NCBI RefSeq assembly: GCF_009914755.1
Contig: NC_060931.1
Source of the DNA: the human T2T-CHM13v2.0 reference genome, Homo sapiens
Length of the DNA: 64,000 bases
Reading direction: 5' to 3' (one strand)
Shown: positions 1 to 14,169 of the stretch, one piece after another
Position numbering within the stretch: the stretch's first letter is position 1
Layout of the letters: each line of letters begins with the position of its first letter
The notes under the pieces: model-generated
Database searches by the model: none
What the model saw: the letters and a program-made list of their open reading frames with translations, nothing else
Told to the model about the DNA's origin: nothing
Made by a program: the position numbers and the translations under genes

Positions 1-335
1 ATATGCTTGTAATTTATTAATTACTTTTCCCTATTAAAATTATTAAGATTAAATAAATAATTTCTGCTAAAACTTCCATTGAGATAATTTGGAAGTTTGG
101 AACCAAAATTTCTTCCACTTTTTCAGTCAAAAAATGTAGTAAGAAACACTTAATCCTGTGTTTGACCAAAAGTGGAAAAAGTGATTCTTATCCAAAAGTA
201 GATTTATTTGGTTATACAGTGAATCGTCAATTTACTAGATGATCTCTTGGTAAGCTGCCACTGTGTCTATGACAAAAATGCTTGCTTACAAAATTACTGT
301 TATATGGGCATTGATGACTTTTTTTTTTTTTTAAC

Positions 336-470
336 TTAGAACTATAGAGTGTTAGAAAGAATTGGAAGGGCCTTGGGGATGATCTGGTCCAAGGCTTTCA
401 TGGTATAAACAAACTAAGACCCCAGATTTTCAGTAACATATTCAAGGTTATTCAGCTAAGTCCCTGACAA
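336..470 (+). mobile_element. MIR-family fragment
   Basis: ttggaagggccttggggatgatctggtccaa...aaactaagacccca resembles the MIR/MIR3 core. Confidence 0.45.
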
Positions 471-651
471 TCAGTGAAGGTACTATTTCTCTCACATATG
501 CTACTCTGTCCTTCACAGTATCAGTGACAGTAATCCAAGTCCAGATATCAGCAGACTAGGGTGAAAAATCACTTTCATAACACTAGGAGATACAGAATGT
601 CATCGAATTATGTTTAAAGATGTAAATTATTATTTATTATTGTCATTATTA

Positions 652-810
<159 letters not shown>

Positions 811-1690
811 CTACTTATGATGTGAATGTCTGATGTAACAATATAAAAAATTTACTTGCTTAAAGACTAGAATGGCAGATAAAGTACAATAAAAATTGAA
901 ATAGTGACTGATTTATACATTTAACTTCATATTATAATCTGTAAGTTTCAAACCAATGCCCTCTTATCAACAGTAACTGCTCTTCTTTATCCACTTATTT
1001 GTTCAATGAATAACCCAGGTGCCTGTATGGATTACAAAGGGTCACATGTTGCCTTTTACTTTAGGAAGATTTAATTTCAGGTTTCCATCTGGAGGAAAGC
1101 CAACTCCTTTCAATGGCAAATATCATTAGGAATGCATTATATTGAGAGTAATAATGTCATCAATGGAGGCTGGAGGTAGCTGATATAAGATTTATGTTTA
1201 ACAGAATTTTGGGGTTGACACTGGAGTCTGAAACAGTATTTTCAGAGTACCATTTTTCTTTTGGAGTAAGAGGTTGGTCCTTGTTTGGAAGATGTGAATT
1301 GCTAGTATGTTTCCAGTGGGAATGGTGAGTTGTGCTGAATTAATGATGTGCCCAGTCTTCTGGTCAACCCTGTGGAAAACAACTTTTCAAATTTATCACT
1401 TGATAAAAGAAGCTTTTCCTTAGCAAACTCACAGATCCTCATCCAGGATTGGTGTAACATTTTTTAGGGAAAGAAAACATATGTCACAGTACTATTCATT
1501 GTTTTTATTAGTTCTGAATTTATTTCCAGAGGAACACATCTTTAATTTACACTTTATGAAATTCAATGAGAAAAACAGATTAGATATACAACAATTTGAT
1601 TGACAGAAAACATCCCAAGTGTTTCTGAATTTTAGACCACGTGTAGTACTTTTTTAGGTGGAAAGCTGTTTCCAGGAATAGTTTAAAATA

Positions 1691-2715
1691 CAGTGATGTG
1701 TCACATAACATTTTGGTCAACGACTGACTGCATATGTAACAGTGGTCCCATAAGAGTATAATGGAGCAAAAAAATTCCTATTGCCTAATATTTACAATAC
1801 TATACTTTTTATTATTATTGTGAAGTGTACTCCTTCTACTTACAAAAAAAGAGCTAACTGTAAACAGCCCTAGGCAGGTCCTTCAGGAGGTCTTCCAGAA
1901 GAAGGCATTGTTATCAGAGAAGATGGCAGCTCCATGCCTGTTACTGCCCTTGAAGACCTTCCAGTGGGACAAGATATAGAGGTGGAAGACAGTGATACTG
2001 ATGATCCTGACCCTGGGTAGGCCTAGGCTAATGTGTGTGTGTTTGTGTCTTAGTTTCAACAAAAAAGTCTAAAAAGAAAAAAAATTAGAAATAGAAAAAA
2101 AGCTTAAGGAGTAAGTATATAAACAAAGAAAATATTTTGTATGGCTGTACAATGTGACGATGTTTTAAGCTAAGTGTTATTACAAAAGAGTAAAAACAAT
2201 AAGTTAATAAAGTAAAAGAGTTACAGTAAGCTAAAGTTAATGTATTATTAAAGAAAAAAAATTTTCAATAAATGTAGGGTAGCCTTAGTGTACAGCGTTT
2301 ATAAAGTCTATAGTAGTGTACAGTAATGTCCCAGGCCTTTATATTCACTCACTACTCACTCACTGACTCACCCAGAACAACTTCCAGTTCTGCAAGTTCC
2401 ATTCATAGCAAGCGTCCTGTACAAATATACAATTTTTTATCTTTTATACGATATATGTATGTTTACTATACCTTTTCTATGTTCAGATACACAAATACTT
2501 ACTATTGTGTTTCAACTGCCCACAGTATTCAGCACGGTAACATGCTATACAGATTAGCAGCCTAGGAGCAAGAGACTATACCATCTAGCCTAAGTATGTA
2601 GGAGGCTGTACCATCTAAGTTTATGTAAGTACACTCTATGATGTTTCCTCAACAATGAAATCCCGCCTTACAATGAATTTCTCAGAATGTATCCTGTCAT
2701 GAAGAGACATGACTG
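1691..2715 (+). mobile_element. Tigger3-like (Tigger3b) DNA transposon, non-autonomous, in STEAP1B intron 1
   Basis: Ends CAGTGATGTG...CATGACTG form an imperfect terminal inverted repeat (TIR), preceded by TA; internal ggtcccataagagtataatggagc is typical of Tigger3. Confidence 0.8.
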
Positions 2716-2899
2716 TTCTTAAAACATTCTCCAAGTTTTAAAGGTTTAACTATAACAAAGGATAACGAGATGCTTTTATATACGCCAACATTTACTTTGT
2801 TGAGGTACTCTTAGAATATTTTCCAGATATTATCTATTTCAAAATTACAGAACATTCATGATGAAGATATCTGTTGTTTTAGTTTGCCCACATTCTTTT

Positions 2900-3420
2900 C
2901 TGATTTAAAACATTTCCTCCATTTGGAGAAATGCCCTTCCTCCCTCCAATGTGATTTTGGGAGATTGTGCAAAATAGTAACACTCATTCCCTCGTCACAG
3001 AAGTGGGTATATGACTCAGGCCTGGGCAATCAGTTTCCTGTTCTCCCATTGATTGGCTTAGCGATGGCACAGAACCTACTTCAAGCATGGTCATTCTCTG
3101 ATATTTATATATGGAAGTGGAAGAGAGAGATGAGATGTCTTTAACATTTTGTTAAGATAGCACAGTATAAGCCTGCCATGCTTTTTTCTCCATGCTCTAA
3201 GAAGGAAGATGTTTTCATTAGAAAAGAAGAAAGCCAACATGGAAGCAGAACAAGAGCAGAGAAAGACACAGAAGAGTCCTGGTGGCATATTTCAGTATTT
3301 AGAGTCCCTGAAACTAGATCCTGAATTTTTCAGTTAGACAGTCAACACATTCCCTTTTTTTTTGGTTTAAGTTAGTGTGATTTGGGTGTTCACCACTGGC
3401 ATGTAAAAGAATTCTGAGTA
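2900..3420 (+). mobile_element. Old MLT1 (J/K-like) MaLR LTR
   Basis: gactcaggcctgggcaatcag and a 3' end resembling MLT1 (tttggtttaagttagtgtgatttggg...). Confidence 0.45.
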
Positions 3421-3572
3421 AAGCATATGCCAATCATCAAGTATTTATGAACCCAACTCTGTGACCAACATTAAAGAGGAAAAATAGAAATGACACTCAT
3501 GCCTGCTCTGGAGGAAATGACACTCTATCTCCTTAACAGCATTATTCCAAGTCATTTGGTGACTTAACCAAC

Positions 3573-4260
3573 TGTATTAGGCTGTTCTCGCACTGCTATA
3601 AAGAAATACCTGAGACTGGGTAATTATTATAAAGAAAGGAGATTTAATTGGCTCATGGTTCCATAGGCTGTAAAGGAAGCATGGCAACATCTGCTTCTGG
3701 GGAGGCCTCAGAGGGCTTATAGTCATGGTGGAAGGTGAAGTGGGAGCAGGCGTCTTACATTATTGCAGTGGTCCCCAACCTTTTTGGCACCAGGGACTGG
3801 TTTCGTGGAAGACAATTTTTCCAAGTAGGGGAAGGGGGATAGGGTTTTGAGGTGAAACTGTTCCACCTCAGATCATCAGGCAATAGTTAGATTCTCATAA
3901 GGAGCACACAACCTAGGTCCCTTGCATGTGCAGTTTGCAATAGGGTTCATGTACTTAGGAGAATCTAATGCCACCGTTCATCTGACAGGAGGTGGAGCTC
4001 AGGCAGTAATGCTCGCTGGCCTGCCACTCCCCTCCTGCTGTGCAGCCCAGTTCCTAACAGGACACTGACTGATACCAGTCTGCGGCCAGGGGGTTGGGGA
4101 CCCCTGCACTAACGTGACAACAGCACCAAGGGGGGATGGTGTTAAACCATGAGAAACTGCTCCCATGGTCCGATCACCTCCCACCAGACCCCAGCTCCCG
4201 CACTGGGGGTTACATTTCAACATGAGATCTGAGGGGGAGACACAGCTCCAAACCATATCA
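3573..4260 (-). mobile_element. MST (MSTB-like) solo LTR interrupted by MER1B
   Basis: TGTATTAG...AACCATATCA ends; perfect 5-bp TSD CCAAC at 3568-3572 and 4261-4265. Confidence 0.85.
3766..4106 (+). mobile_element. MER1B hAT-Charlie MITE
   Basis: TIRs CAGTGGTCCCCAACC...GGTTGGGGACCCCTG and the characteristic tttttggcaccagggactggtttcgtggaagacaattttt. Confidence 0.85.
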
Positions 4261-6001
4261 CCAACTTAATAGTTTGTGGGGTGGGGGAGGGAGGTGCTAG
4301 GAATGGAAGTGTCACCTACTATAATCAAATGTAAGAAATAATCCACTATGTTTAGAAGATCTTTTAACTTTGAGAGGTGCAGGATGGTAAGGATGCTAAC
4401 AAATCCACCCACATTTATTCAGTATGAATTCAGTAACTATATTGTGAACAACAATGTAAGGCAGGAGGAATGCAAAGTTAAATGAGATAAAGCCTCTGCT
4501 CTGAAAAACCTTGAGGTCTAGGAGAGAAGGCAGGCATTTCAACTGCATGGTAGAGCGATGTATCCTAGAAGAGGATAAAGTTTTATAGGCAGATGGTGGC
4601 ATGGGAAGGGAAGTAGAGGAAAAGGCTCAGCGCTGTCTTCTAGACCCAGTCCTGGGGTAGCTAGCAGGTTGGCAGTGTTTGCTGACTGATTGCCACTACA
4701 AAGAGTCTGGGTGGAAAACCAGAGTGGCCCTGGAGAGTTACCCAGCCATTTGTCTGCATGGTAAGGAGACCACACTCAAGAGCGAAGCCAAGGAAAAGCC
4801 CATGACAGTGAGGAAGCTTGTTGACTGTGTGGCCCACACTCAACTCTATGCCCATAAGCCAGGAAAATAAACTATGAGTCAAATAAATTTGTTGGTTTTC
4901 ATCAGACATTAACCAAAATGTAATTTAAGTTCTACAGTAAAATCTTTTCATAAAAAGAAAAATAACAGAAAACAACCTAGTGTTAAAATGTTAGGAACCC
5001 CAGAATTCGACCCAAAGTTCTCTTTCACCCGCTTTTAAAAAAGTGGAGCACATTTCTAATGCGACTGCTGTTTTGCTGTACCAAGATGGCTGCCCTGGTG
5101 TTCCTAAATGTTGGCACAGCCCAACTGACTCATGTTTATGTCCCGCAGTTGAGAATATGAAGAAACCCAATGCCTGGAATACATTGTGGGTTGCACTGCA
5201 TTTCCAACCTTTTATACTTTCAAGTGCACACTTGTTTTACATTTAACTAAGTGAAGTCGAGTTTTTTGGGTTTTTTTTTCACTGTGCTGTTTTTCTTTTT
5301 AAGCATTGCTTTCCCTCTGTGCTTAACATTCATGTTAAATGAATAACCTTTTATTACACGTCAGGATGTGGAGGGAAATGTATTTTACAAAAGTAACAAA
5401 GTAAGAAATTTGGAAGTGTACAAAAAATTTATGTCTACAAACTCCTTCCAGTGGATTTGACCAGAATTACATATTTAAAGCCTTGATTGACTATTTTGGA
5501 GGGAACCTGAACCCCACCCAGATCCTGAAAGAGTAGGGCCAGTGTTCTAAGGACTGAAAATGAAAACCTCTGTTACCAGGAAACCCGAAGACGAGAAGTA
5601 GCACGATTTTAAGTACTGTGCACCAGTCATTCGTCAATGCACAGCAAACTCTGGCGACTTTGCCACGTTAAAAAACTTGCCATCAAAATCCAACCTGAGC
5701 ACAAACTTAATAATCTACCACAACCTTAAGCCCCTAGCGAAAAGGCTTCCTCTGAGTCCCTGGCTCCCCCCAGCCCCCGGCCCGGCCACAACCCAGCTGG
5801 GCTGGAAGGCAGGGCGCCCCAGAGCCGCGCATAAGCGAAGAATTGAGCAGCGCTCGCCCAGGAGGGCCGCCGTCCAGGTCACGAGAAGGCTTGCGACCCG
5901 CTACACCCCTCCCAAGACTGGGAGCGGGCGCCCAGCCTTGCAGGGACACGCAGGCGGACTCGAGGAGCAAACGGCCAGTGAGAACGATTCAAGGGACTCA
6001 C

Positions 6002-6120
6002 CCACTCCTCGCCGTAGCTTGACCGTGAGTCTCAGCTGCCGCTGCTGCCGGGAGGTGCCGGCCCCACGCGGCGCCTGAGCCTCCAGAGCGCGAAGCCTCC
6101 AAGCCTGCTGCAGGCCCCGC
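6002..6120 (-). other. STEAP1B: STEAP1B non-coding exon 1 (3' end exact, 5' end approximate)
   Basis: Minus strand GAGACTCACGGTCAAGCTACGGCGAGGAGTGG|gtgagt is a strong donor (GT at 6001-6000). Joined to exon 2 it gives GAGTGGGTGGCTGAAGCC, as in STEAP1-family mRNA 5' UTRs. Intron 1 is 776-6001. Confidence 0.85.
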
Positions 6121-6140
6121 CTCCTTGTCAGTTGCGCGTC

Positions 6141-6159
6141 CAGCGCCACCTGCTGGCGC
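6141..6159 (-). promoter_or_regulatory. CTCF motif
   Basis: Reverse complement GCGCCAGCAGGTGGCGCTG matches the CCASYAGRKGGCRS core perfectly. Confidence 0.65.
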
Positions 6160-6337
6160 CCCGCGTCCGCAGGGTTCGGGAACGTCCTTGGAGGCTAAGA
6201 CTCCCCAAGTCGCACTCCGGCCTCTCCCAGTTTCCTCTCAAATGCCGTCTGCCCTGCCCTTGAGGTCCGTTTCGCGCCCTCCAACCCCTCGCCTTTTGTT
6301 TAATCTCCACTAAGGAACGTTTGTGCGTTTCTCTAGA

Positions 6338-6520
6338 GCAGTGGTTCTCAGACTTCAGCGTGTATAAGATTACCCGGGGGCATATTAAAACACCGATTGT
6401 TGGGCTGTCCACCCACAGTTTCCGGTTCAGCATGTCTGGGATGGGGTCTGAGATTCTCATTTCTAACAAGTTCCCATGAGATATGGAAGCATTCCCAGAT
6501 CACACTTTGAGATAGACCGT
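6338..6520. mobile_element. MER5A
   Basis: cagtggttctca...tttctaacaagttccca...cacactttgaga. Confidence 0.65.
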
Positions 6521-6552
6521 TTAGAGCTTACAAACCCTCCCACACGTTAGCT

Positions 6553-6862
6553 TATTTATTTTTATTTTATTTTATTTTTTTTGAGACGGAGTCTCAGTCT
6601 GTTGCCCAGGCTGGAGTGCGGTGGCGCGATTTTGGCTAACTGCAACCTCCGGCCCCGGGTTCAAGCGATTCTCCTGCCTCAGCCTCCCGAGTAGCTGGGA
6701 TTACAGGCGCCTGCCACTGTGCCCGGCTAATTTTTGTATTTTTAGTAGAGACGGGGGTTTCACCATCTTGGCCAGGCTGGTCCTGAACTCCTGACCTCGT
6801 GATCCACCCGCCTCGGCCTCCCAAAGTGCTGAGATTACAGGCGTGAGCCACCGCGCCCAGCC
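6553..6862 (-). mobile_element. AluS
   Basis: Full dimeric Alu, reverse complement, with a TTTTA-type tail. Confidence 0.95.
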
Positions 6863-9435
6863 ACCTTATTTAAAACCTAACAGCCGGTCCTGAAGTGGCT
6901 GTGATTGACAGTTTGAGGAATCCGAAGCTGAATTTCTGAGAGTGACTTGCTCCCTGAATTGTTCAAATTGTGTACCTTTAATCGCACAAACCCTGCTCCC
7001 CAGCCGAAAAAAAAAACCCTTAAACCCCATGTTTACTCCGTCCCTCCCTTCCTTGCCTCAGCTTTTAAGTGCAGCTTCCCATATCCTAGCTCAATGAAGT
7101 ATTCCAAACCTAAAGTAAAGTTAACTGTTAATATTCCAAGGTTTTAGAAAAAGACAACTTGAGCAGGGGATTTACTTCTCTCCGTTGGAACCAGCCTCGA
7201 GATAGGGTCTGAGACATGAATTGCAAAATTCTGGGGATTTGGTATACAACATTCTCAGGACTAAGCTGAGAGAAAACACAAAGGAAAATAAACGCGCAAC
7301 CACATTTTCCATGATTGTTTTTTATTCACTGCTAGGGCACCGAAGACTGTTCATGTTTTAATATAAGCATTTTCTGTAGTCACTGACTTTCCATGGATTA
7401 GTTTAAAGCCCTTTGAAGATTAAATTACCGTGGACTGACACCTTGTGGTGGAAATAGAATCTTACACCTGTTGTTTCTAGTGAAACTAGAAAATAATTTT
7501 AAAGTTTTAGAAAAGAAATCTGTGTAATCTTTGTATGTGTAGCACAGACTACAAAGAATTAAGACTTTTTAACCAAGCATTGTTGAGTTTTAAAAGTGAT
7601 CATGGGTCTTAAATGGTCAGACAAAACGATATGCTTTTATTGTTTAACATTTGGTAGAACAAAGGTCATTCTCTTTTTCACAATCTATTTTCCATATGAA
7701 AAGGGCAAAGAGTTATTATTGTGTTAACATAATAATATATATTGATATGAATATGGCTATATAGCAAGCTGCACTTAAAACTGCTTTTCCTTTTCTAATT
7801 AAAACATTTAAAATCAAACCCCAAATATTTTTGTTTTATAATTAGACTTTAGCAATTTTATTTCTGCACTTCTTATAAAAGTTTTTTTTGCCCAATATTT
7901 TAGTGTGGAGAATAAATAGAGTATGTTCCAAAGTGAAATGATTAAAAGTGTGAGATTTATCAATTAGTTTGTAGATATTATAAAAGCAACACAATATTCG
8001 ATTAAGAAAAACATGTTACTAAAAAGCTTTTATTGAGTCGCCAGCAGTTAGTATCACAGATGAACTAGCTGCAGTTTTTGCATACAAATAACCTGTAATT
8101 TGAGGTATGAGATAAAGAAAAAAAATTTTTGTGGGGGGGGCGGGTAATACAATGCCAGAGCATCTCAGAATGCTGAGTCAGCCTCTTTAGCACATACTTT
8201 TAAAAACAAGTGTGGCTTGTGGAAAGCCACATTATGCTATTGCAAATGTTGAAAGGCAAGTTGCTAGTTTTGCTGTGACTCTAAACAACTAGAGGATTTA
8301 AAATGGGAGTTTGCCCACGAGTTACAAATAAATTTAGATCTTTCAGAATATTCTGTAATAAACTTAAACTATAGTGAGAGCGCATATTAACATAATGGAC
8401 CTCAGTGTCATTTGAGGTCAAATACTAAACTGGTGACTTCATAATAACATGCTGTGGAGAAAATATAATTTAGAATCCATGAGTATTTTTGCCTGACAAA
8501 TAAGCAACCTGATCTTAGAACCTGATGAGACGACCACTTTAAAAGTAAATGAAATACTATGGTGTGAGAGATAAAATAAAAAATATCATACTATTAAAGA
8601 TAATCACAATGAGAAATAGACAGTAAATTTTAAGTGAATGACAAGAATTATATTTTTTCCTTTGGAAATCTAACTCCTGAGGGGACAGCAATTTAAGTAA
8701 TGATCAACACTATTTCCAAGTCTGCCTCTTACGAAAGAAGAATGGTCAGACTTTTATTTGAAACGACTGCAAAAATTACCTAAGTTCAAGAAGAAATATT
8801 TGGTCCAAATGATTGTTTTAAGACAGACATGATAAGGCTTCACTCGCCAAAATTTCTGATTCTGTTAACCTCATATGATACATTCTCTTTACTAGTTCAA
8901 GGTCTACTGTAATCTTCAAAGTATGTGGTCAGTTTGTCCCTAGTGTCTGCGTTTAAAAGTGGTTGGGGGTAGAGAGGAGGTCTGTTCTTGGGACTGGAGG
9001 TTTTAACTATTCTTCTGAATTCTTTCTCCCAAACTCAAAGTCCCTTATTGCTCTTTCACCAAGACAGGCAACAGTAAACATCTTTTCAGGTAGGTTGTAA
9101 GAGTAGGTGCTTCATTTCCAAGCTCACAGATCTCTGCCTGAGTACTGTTCAGTGATGTTCAAAATGCTGTGATATATTCCATTGGCTTTAAATATGTTGC
9201 GATCTATGAAAAGACTAAAGTTCCTGGCAATGGTACCATATTAAGCCTTATCAGTTATTTACATCCTACTATAAAGAATATTTCAGCTTCTTCTGAAAGT
9301 ACGTTCTGGCATGGAGAAAGAAATATCAGGATACCGAACACTTATAATAGAAGGTTATGAAGGGGTTATACCTTAGGGAAAAAAGAAGGTATCATTATCC
9401 TCATTTAGAGGATATGGAGAAATTAAGGCTCTGTT

Positions 9436-9945
9436 TCAAAGCAAGTCTGTAAATTCTTTAACATTCTTCCCATCAAGAAGAGAGACCTATCTCCTGCCCT
9501 GGAACATGGGCAGCACTTTTGACTGTCTCCGTGCATATAATATGGTGGAAGTGACACTGCTTGACTTGTGAAGCTGGATCACAATGGGTTATTGACTTCC
9601 ACCAGCCTGTCTCCGGGTACAGGTGACTTCATGTAAGAAGTCTAACTACCCTGACAGAGAGTCCACATGGAGGGAGCACACTGTAATAGACAGAGGTGCC
9701 TGAGGAGCCCCGGCTGTTCCAGCCGCCGGCTATTTAGGTCTTCCCAAGTCAGGCACCAGAGAGTATGAATGGAAAGGCCTTCAAGGGAACTCTAGCCCCA
9801 GCCATTGTCTGATTGTCACTGCATGAGGACCAAAAACTGCCTAGCTGAGCCCCATCAACCCCTAAAGAAGTGAAAGATAATAATGACAAATGCTTGCTGT
9901 TGTTTTATAGCACCAAGTTCTGAGTGGTTTGTTGTGCTGCAGGCT
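9436..9945 (+). mobile_element. MLT1 (E/F-like) LTR inserted in a MIR
   Basis: ttcttcccatcaagaag...ttgctgttgttttatagcaccaagttctgagtggtttgtt; MIR-like halves at ~9395-9430 and ~9945-10010. Confidence 0.6.
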
Positions 9946-12002
9946 CCAAGAGAAGTAACTTTCTGAGAGCACTCAGGAATTTCTTAGTGGAACTGGGGCT
10001 AGAATCAATTCGCTGCATTTAATGCAGTATTAACCAGACAACTGTGTTGGGCCCTGGGGACCAGAGAAGAATTAAGACACAGCCCAAGCCTTGCCCTGGT
10101 CTGAGCTTCCTCTTCCTACCTTCATATTCATGGCAGCTTCTTCTTGCTGGGAGTGGGATAGAGGAGCCCTAGGGCTGCTGGCTTCTGGAAGGAACTGGCT
10201 CCAGGGCACCCTGGCTATTCCCTTGCTCCATGCTGTGTGCAGGTGGCTCTGGCACCAAGAGGTGGCACCAAACCTGCCGCCAGCCTTGGCTTTCTCACCA
10301 GTCGGGCTCTGATGAGTTGATAGACTGTGTTTGGAATTGAGCATGGCGGTATTACAAAGGCAAGTGGGTACCACACAACCTGCCTGCAGTGTTGCTTTGT
10401 TCTGATGAATTACACCAAGTCCCTGGATTCACATTTGGCTGGATTGTCAGGAAAAATATGTGTTCTGGGTGCCAGCTGATCTTTTCATCTAGCTTCTGCC
10501 CTCAGGTAAACATTCCCTGTTAAAATTCTAAATGTTCATCTGCTTCCTCTAAAGAGATTGGTAAAAAGGCATAAAACACCTAAGAATCAGTGTTACTTGT
10601 AATGAGCCCAGGGCTGCTGCAGGGGGCACCATATGCATAGAATAGCAGGTGAGCGGGGTCCCCAGGGCCGAAGTATTATGCTCTAGGCCAGAAAAAGGAT
10701 ATATTTTTTTTTTATTTCTGGGATACAGATAATGTATTTTCACATAACATCCACGTTTCATGAATTAAGCCAACAAATATTTACCAAGTATCCTTTAAAT
10801 CCTTTAGTATTTAAAGTATCATTTTTTGCAATATATATATGAGGGCCAACTTATTTTTGCCTGTCATGAAATCAAAGGCCAATTAAATAATCACTTCCAA
10901 ATTTATATTTCTGTTTTATAGGTTTTCTTTATTCAAGGCATTCTTGTACAGTAAAGGGCAGGAAAAGGAGAGGGAGAGGGAAAGGGAGAAGAGGAAGAAG
11001 GAGGAAGGTGTGTGTGTTGGGAGTAGGGAGAAGCTTTGCAAATGGTAAACCTGGGTTATTATTTGACTTTTGGTTACAAAAAAAAAAGTTGCATCAAATT
11101 AAGCAGTAAGCAATCATGAAGCAGGCAGTGACATGCATTGAGCAGATTTTCCTAAATCATCTTCCCCAGAACGCCAATTCACTAAGATGTTAATAAGCAT
11201 TTTCCAAATAAAGATTTTCACTTTTCAGATAAATTCAGGACTGGCTGCATCTCCACTTCTGGTGAGTGACAATTCGTTTTAGCATGTTAAAGGCTCTGGA
11301 AAACGCTAGGGTAAAAGCAAAATGAAACACAAAACAAGAAGCTTGATTGACTTCCTTTAGCCTGGCACCCCCCAGATGCTGAACCTCTGTTATTGAAGTC
11401 ACTGAGGAACAGAGCCCATGGCACATGTGGAAAATCCTCTGCTGGATGAGGTGACTGTGGGATGGTCTCTGCTAGCTCCCTGCTAGGTCAGAGTGGAGCA
11501 CTGGAGAAACACCAAACTCTTACCCAGGAGGGAAAAGGTCTGTTTCTCTGGCATCCTGCCTTTTGGTAGGGAGAAAAACTTCCAGTTTGAGTCTGAGGTG
11601 AAAATCGCTTTCCCCTTGCATCAAAGTCATGGAAACCCTGATGTGCCATTATACCATTCAACATTCCCATCCCTGCAGTGCCTCAGGCTTTTGCAGTTTG
11701 CCCTCCTCATGCCCTTTCCTGGATCATGACCTTCTTTCAGCTGCCATTCCATTTTCACAGTCATTTCCATGCCCCATTTGGCTAACTCACCACTCCCTCA
11801 AAAGGAGATGCCCAGGTCAAAAAGCAGAGCTTTGCCCCATGTCCTTCCTGGAGTCTGGAGACTCCTGCTGAGTCCAGAAGGAGCAGTGAGCATGCCAGAG
11901 AAGGGCTCCTGCTAGGGACTGCTTCTGCTGTGAACATTTGGGTCCTGTTCCTGTGCTTTCCCACACCTCTCCCAGATGCTGCCGCAACCTTTACATGAAT
12001 GC

Positions 12003-12135
12003 TCAGCCTCAGTTTCCTTCTGTCTCAAATGTCCTTATTTCAGGGTTGGGATAAAGAGTAAAAAAAATATGTTTAGAGTATTAAGCCTAGTGCCTGCCTG
12101 CAATAGGTGCTCAACAAATAGATGCTATTACTGAT
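12003..12135 (+). mobile_element. MIR fragment
   Basis: tcagcctcagtttccttctgtc...tagtgcctgcctgcaataggtgctcaacaaat. Confidence 0.6.
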
Positions 12136-14169
12136 CATCACTATTCTTGCCTTATCTTCCCAAAGCGCCTCCATACTGAGGATACAAATGAGGTCAGGTT
12201 AACAGGACCAATTTAAATCTCACTGATTGCTTGGCCTCATTTGCACCTGCAGACCTTCACACATCCTCCACCTGTAAGCTCCAGGCCAGTATTTCTGGGA
12301 CTCTCCAGAGGGTGTCTCATGGGTATGTAAGAATGAGTCCGCTCTCTGTGCCACACAAGCCTGCTCATGGCTCACTTGTCACCAGAATGCCCGCCACCAG
12401 CTGTCACAGCTCCACGGGGTGCAGGAGTGAGGCCCTGGCTCCACCTGGAACAGCAACTCCATGTTGGTGGTTATGGACTGTGTGCCACCCATCTGCTCTT
12501 CTGTCCTAAGAACAGACTGTGGTGTGGTCTCTGAGCAGACAGCTTTTTGTGTTACTGGCTGTTGGACGGGGGCCGAGTAGGGCTCCTTGAGACCTCGCAT
12601 GTTAGAATTTACTGACAGAGTTTTTCTTTTTGGAATTCTCACCTTTTTCCTCCTTAGGAAAGGAGCTGGGCTAGGGACGGGATGAGTCACTTCCTTCACA
12701 GGGAGCTTGGAGTCTCTGCTGTCTTCACCACTGAAGACTTTGTTGTCAGGTCCAGCGTCTTGCTCTGGCACTACCTCATGTGGGAGGTGTTCTCCCCTGG
12801 TGGTCTATTCTGTTCCTTACAAGCAGTCAGCCCCCATAGTGGGCCCAGACTGAGTCCTCTTCCAGGAGGCTCTTCTGCCTGTGCAAAGGGGCCACTGCCA
12901 GGCCCAGCCCTCAGTGCGCTGGTCTCAGTCTCAGTGGCCCGACCATGGTGCTCATCTATGGGAGCAAACTCTCCCGCATCTCCATCCTCCTCACAGCACT
13001 AGCCACTGTGGTGACCATGGGTCCTACCCGATCCTGCTGGTGACTCCCTGCCACCATTGCCAGGACACAGCTCTTTCTGGCCCAGAGTGACAATTCTGGC
13101 AAATTTAACTTGATATTGGCTATCCAAGGACAAGTATATGGTGAGCACTAACCACCAGGCATTGTGTCTAGCTTCTGGCTCTCATGGATTTGCTAGGATT
13201 CCCCTGTAATGGCGGTGGTGGTGACAGAAGCTTACTCTACCCTGGGCAGGAGCCAGGCTGCAAACCCAAGTCTGGCTAAATCAAAAGTCCAGGCTTCCTA
13301 GAGATTCACTGTCTCTTTGTTCCTTACTGGAATCTTTGCTCTTATCCTCACACCTGTGCCACGCAAATCTCCTCAGGAGCTAGGCTGATCATGAATGGAC
13401 CCCGCACAGTCTGCCCAGCATGCTCCTCCCCATTGCCTCTAAGCTGGCCAGGACCCTGGGGGGCTTTCCCCATGCACTACCCTGACACCTTTCTGGGGCA
13501 CCATAGTAACTATCCACAGCCCCTCCTGGAGTGTGGCTCTTCATCCTGAGGTCTAAAGTCCTGATAATCTCCCCCAGTGAACCTGCAGTTTCTCTGAGGA
13601 GCCAGGTCCTCTGAGGACATGGGTCCCCTGGTGACTGCTTTGCCATTACTGGACCTTCTCAGATGAGTGTGCAGACCACATCCCATGATCCCCAAGGAGC
13701 ATTAGCCCAGAGGAAACACCTGATCAATCCCTGCCAATTTACGCTAAAAGCCACCATTTTAAAAAAAAAACAAAAAACCCTCATCAGGATGACCTCCTAT
13801 ACCACAAAACCTTGCCCTCAGCAGAACTCTCTATAGGTCTCAAAGGTGACAGTATGAAGCACTGCTGGAAATTCCCACTCTCCTAGCATCCTATTTATTG
13901 ATCACATAGCTGCCTTCCAGGGGTGGAACCACTGGGAAATGTGTATGAACAGCACTCATCAACCATCACGTTTTTATTTGGCATTAGCTCCATGCCCCGT
14001 GAAGTGCCAGGTACAGACTGAGATTCATTTAAAAAATAGAAAGCATGGTCCTGTAAATAATTTGCAATTAACCAGGGAGATACACTTACACTGGAGAACT
14101 GAAGAACAGCTACAAGTACGCACTGTAAGTAGGAAAGTTCTACAGCTTCCCTGGCTTCCTCCCACTCTC

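Larger units (their letters stand above)
5740..6300. promoter_or_regulatory. CpG island / STEAP1B promoter
   Basis: GC-rich with dense CpGs in AT-rich flanks; overlaps exon 1. Confidence 0.85.

Noticed and set aside
5677-6469. Several ORFs over the CpG island
   Set aside because: Expected from stop-poor GC-rich DNA; exon 1 is non-coding.
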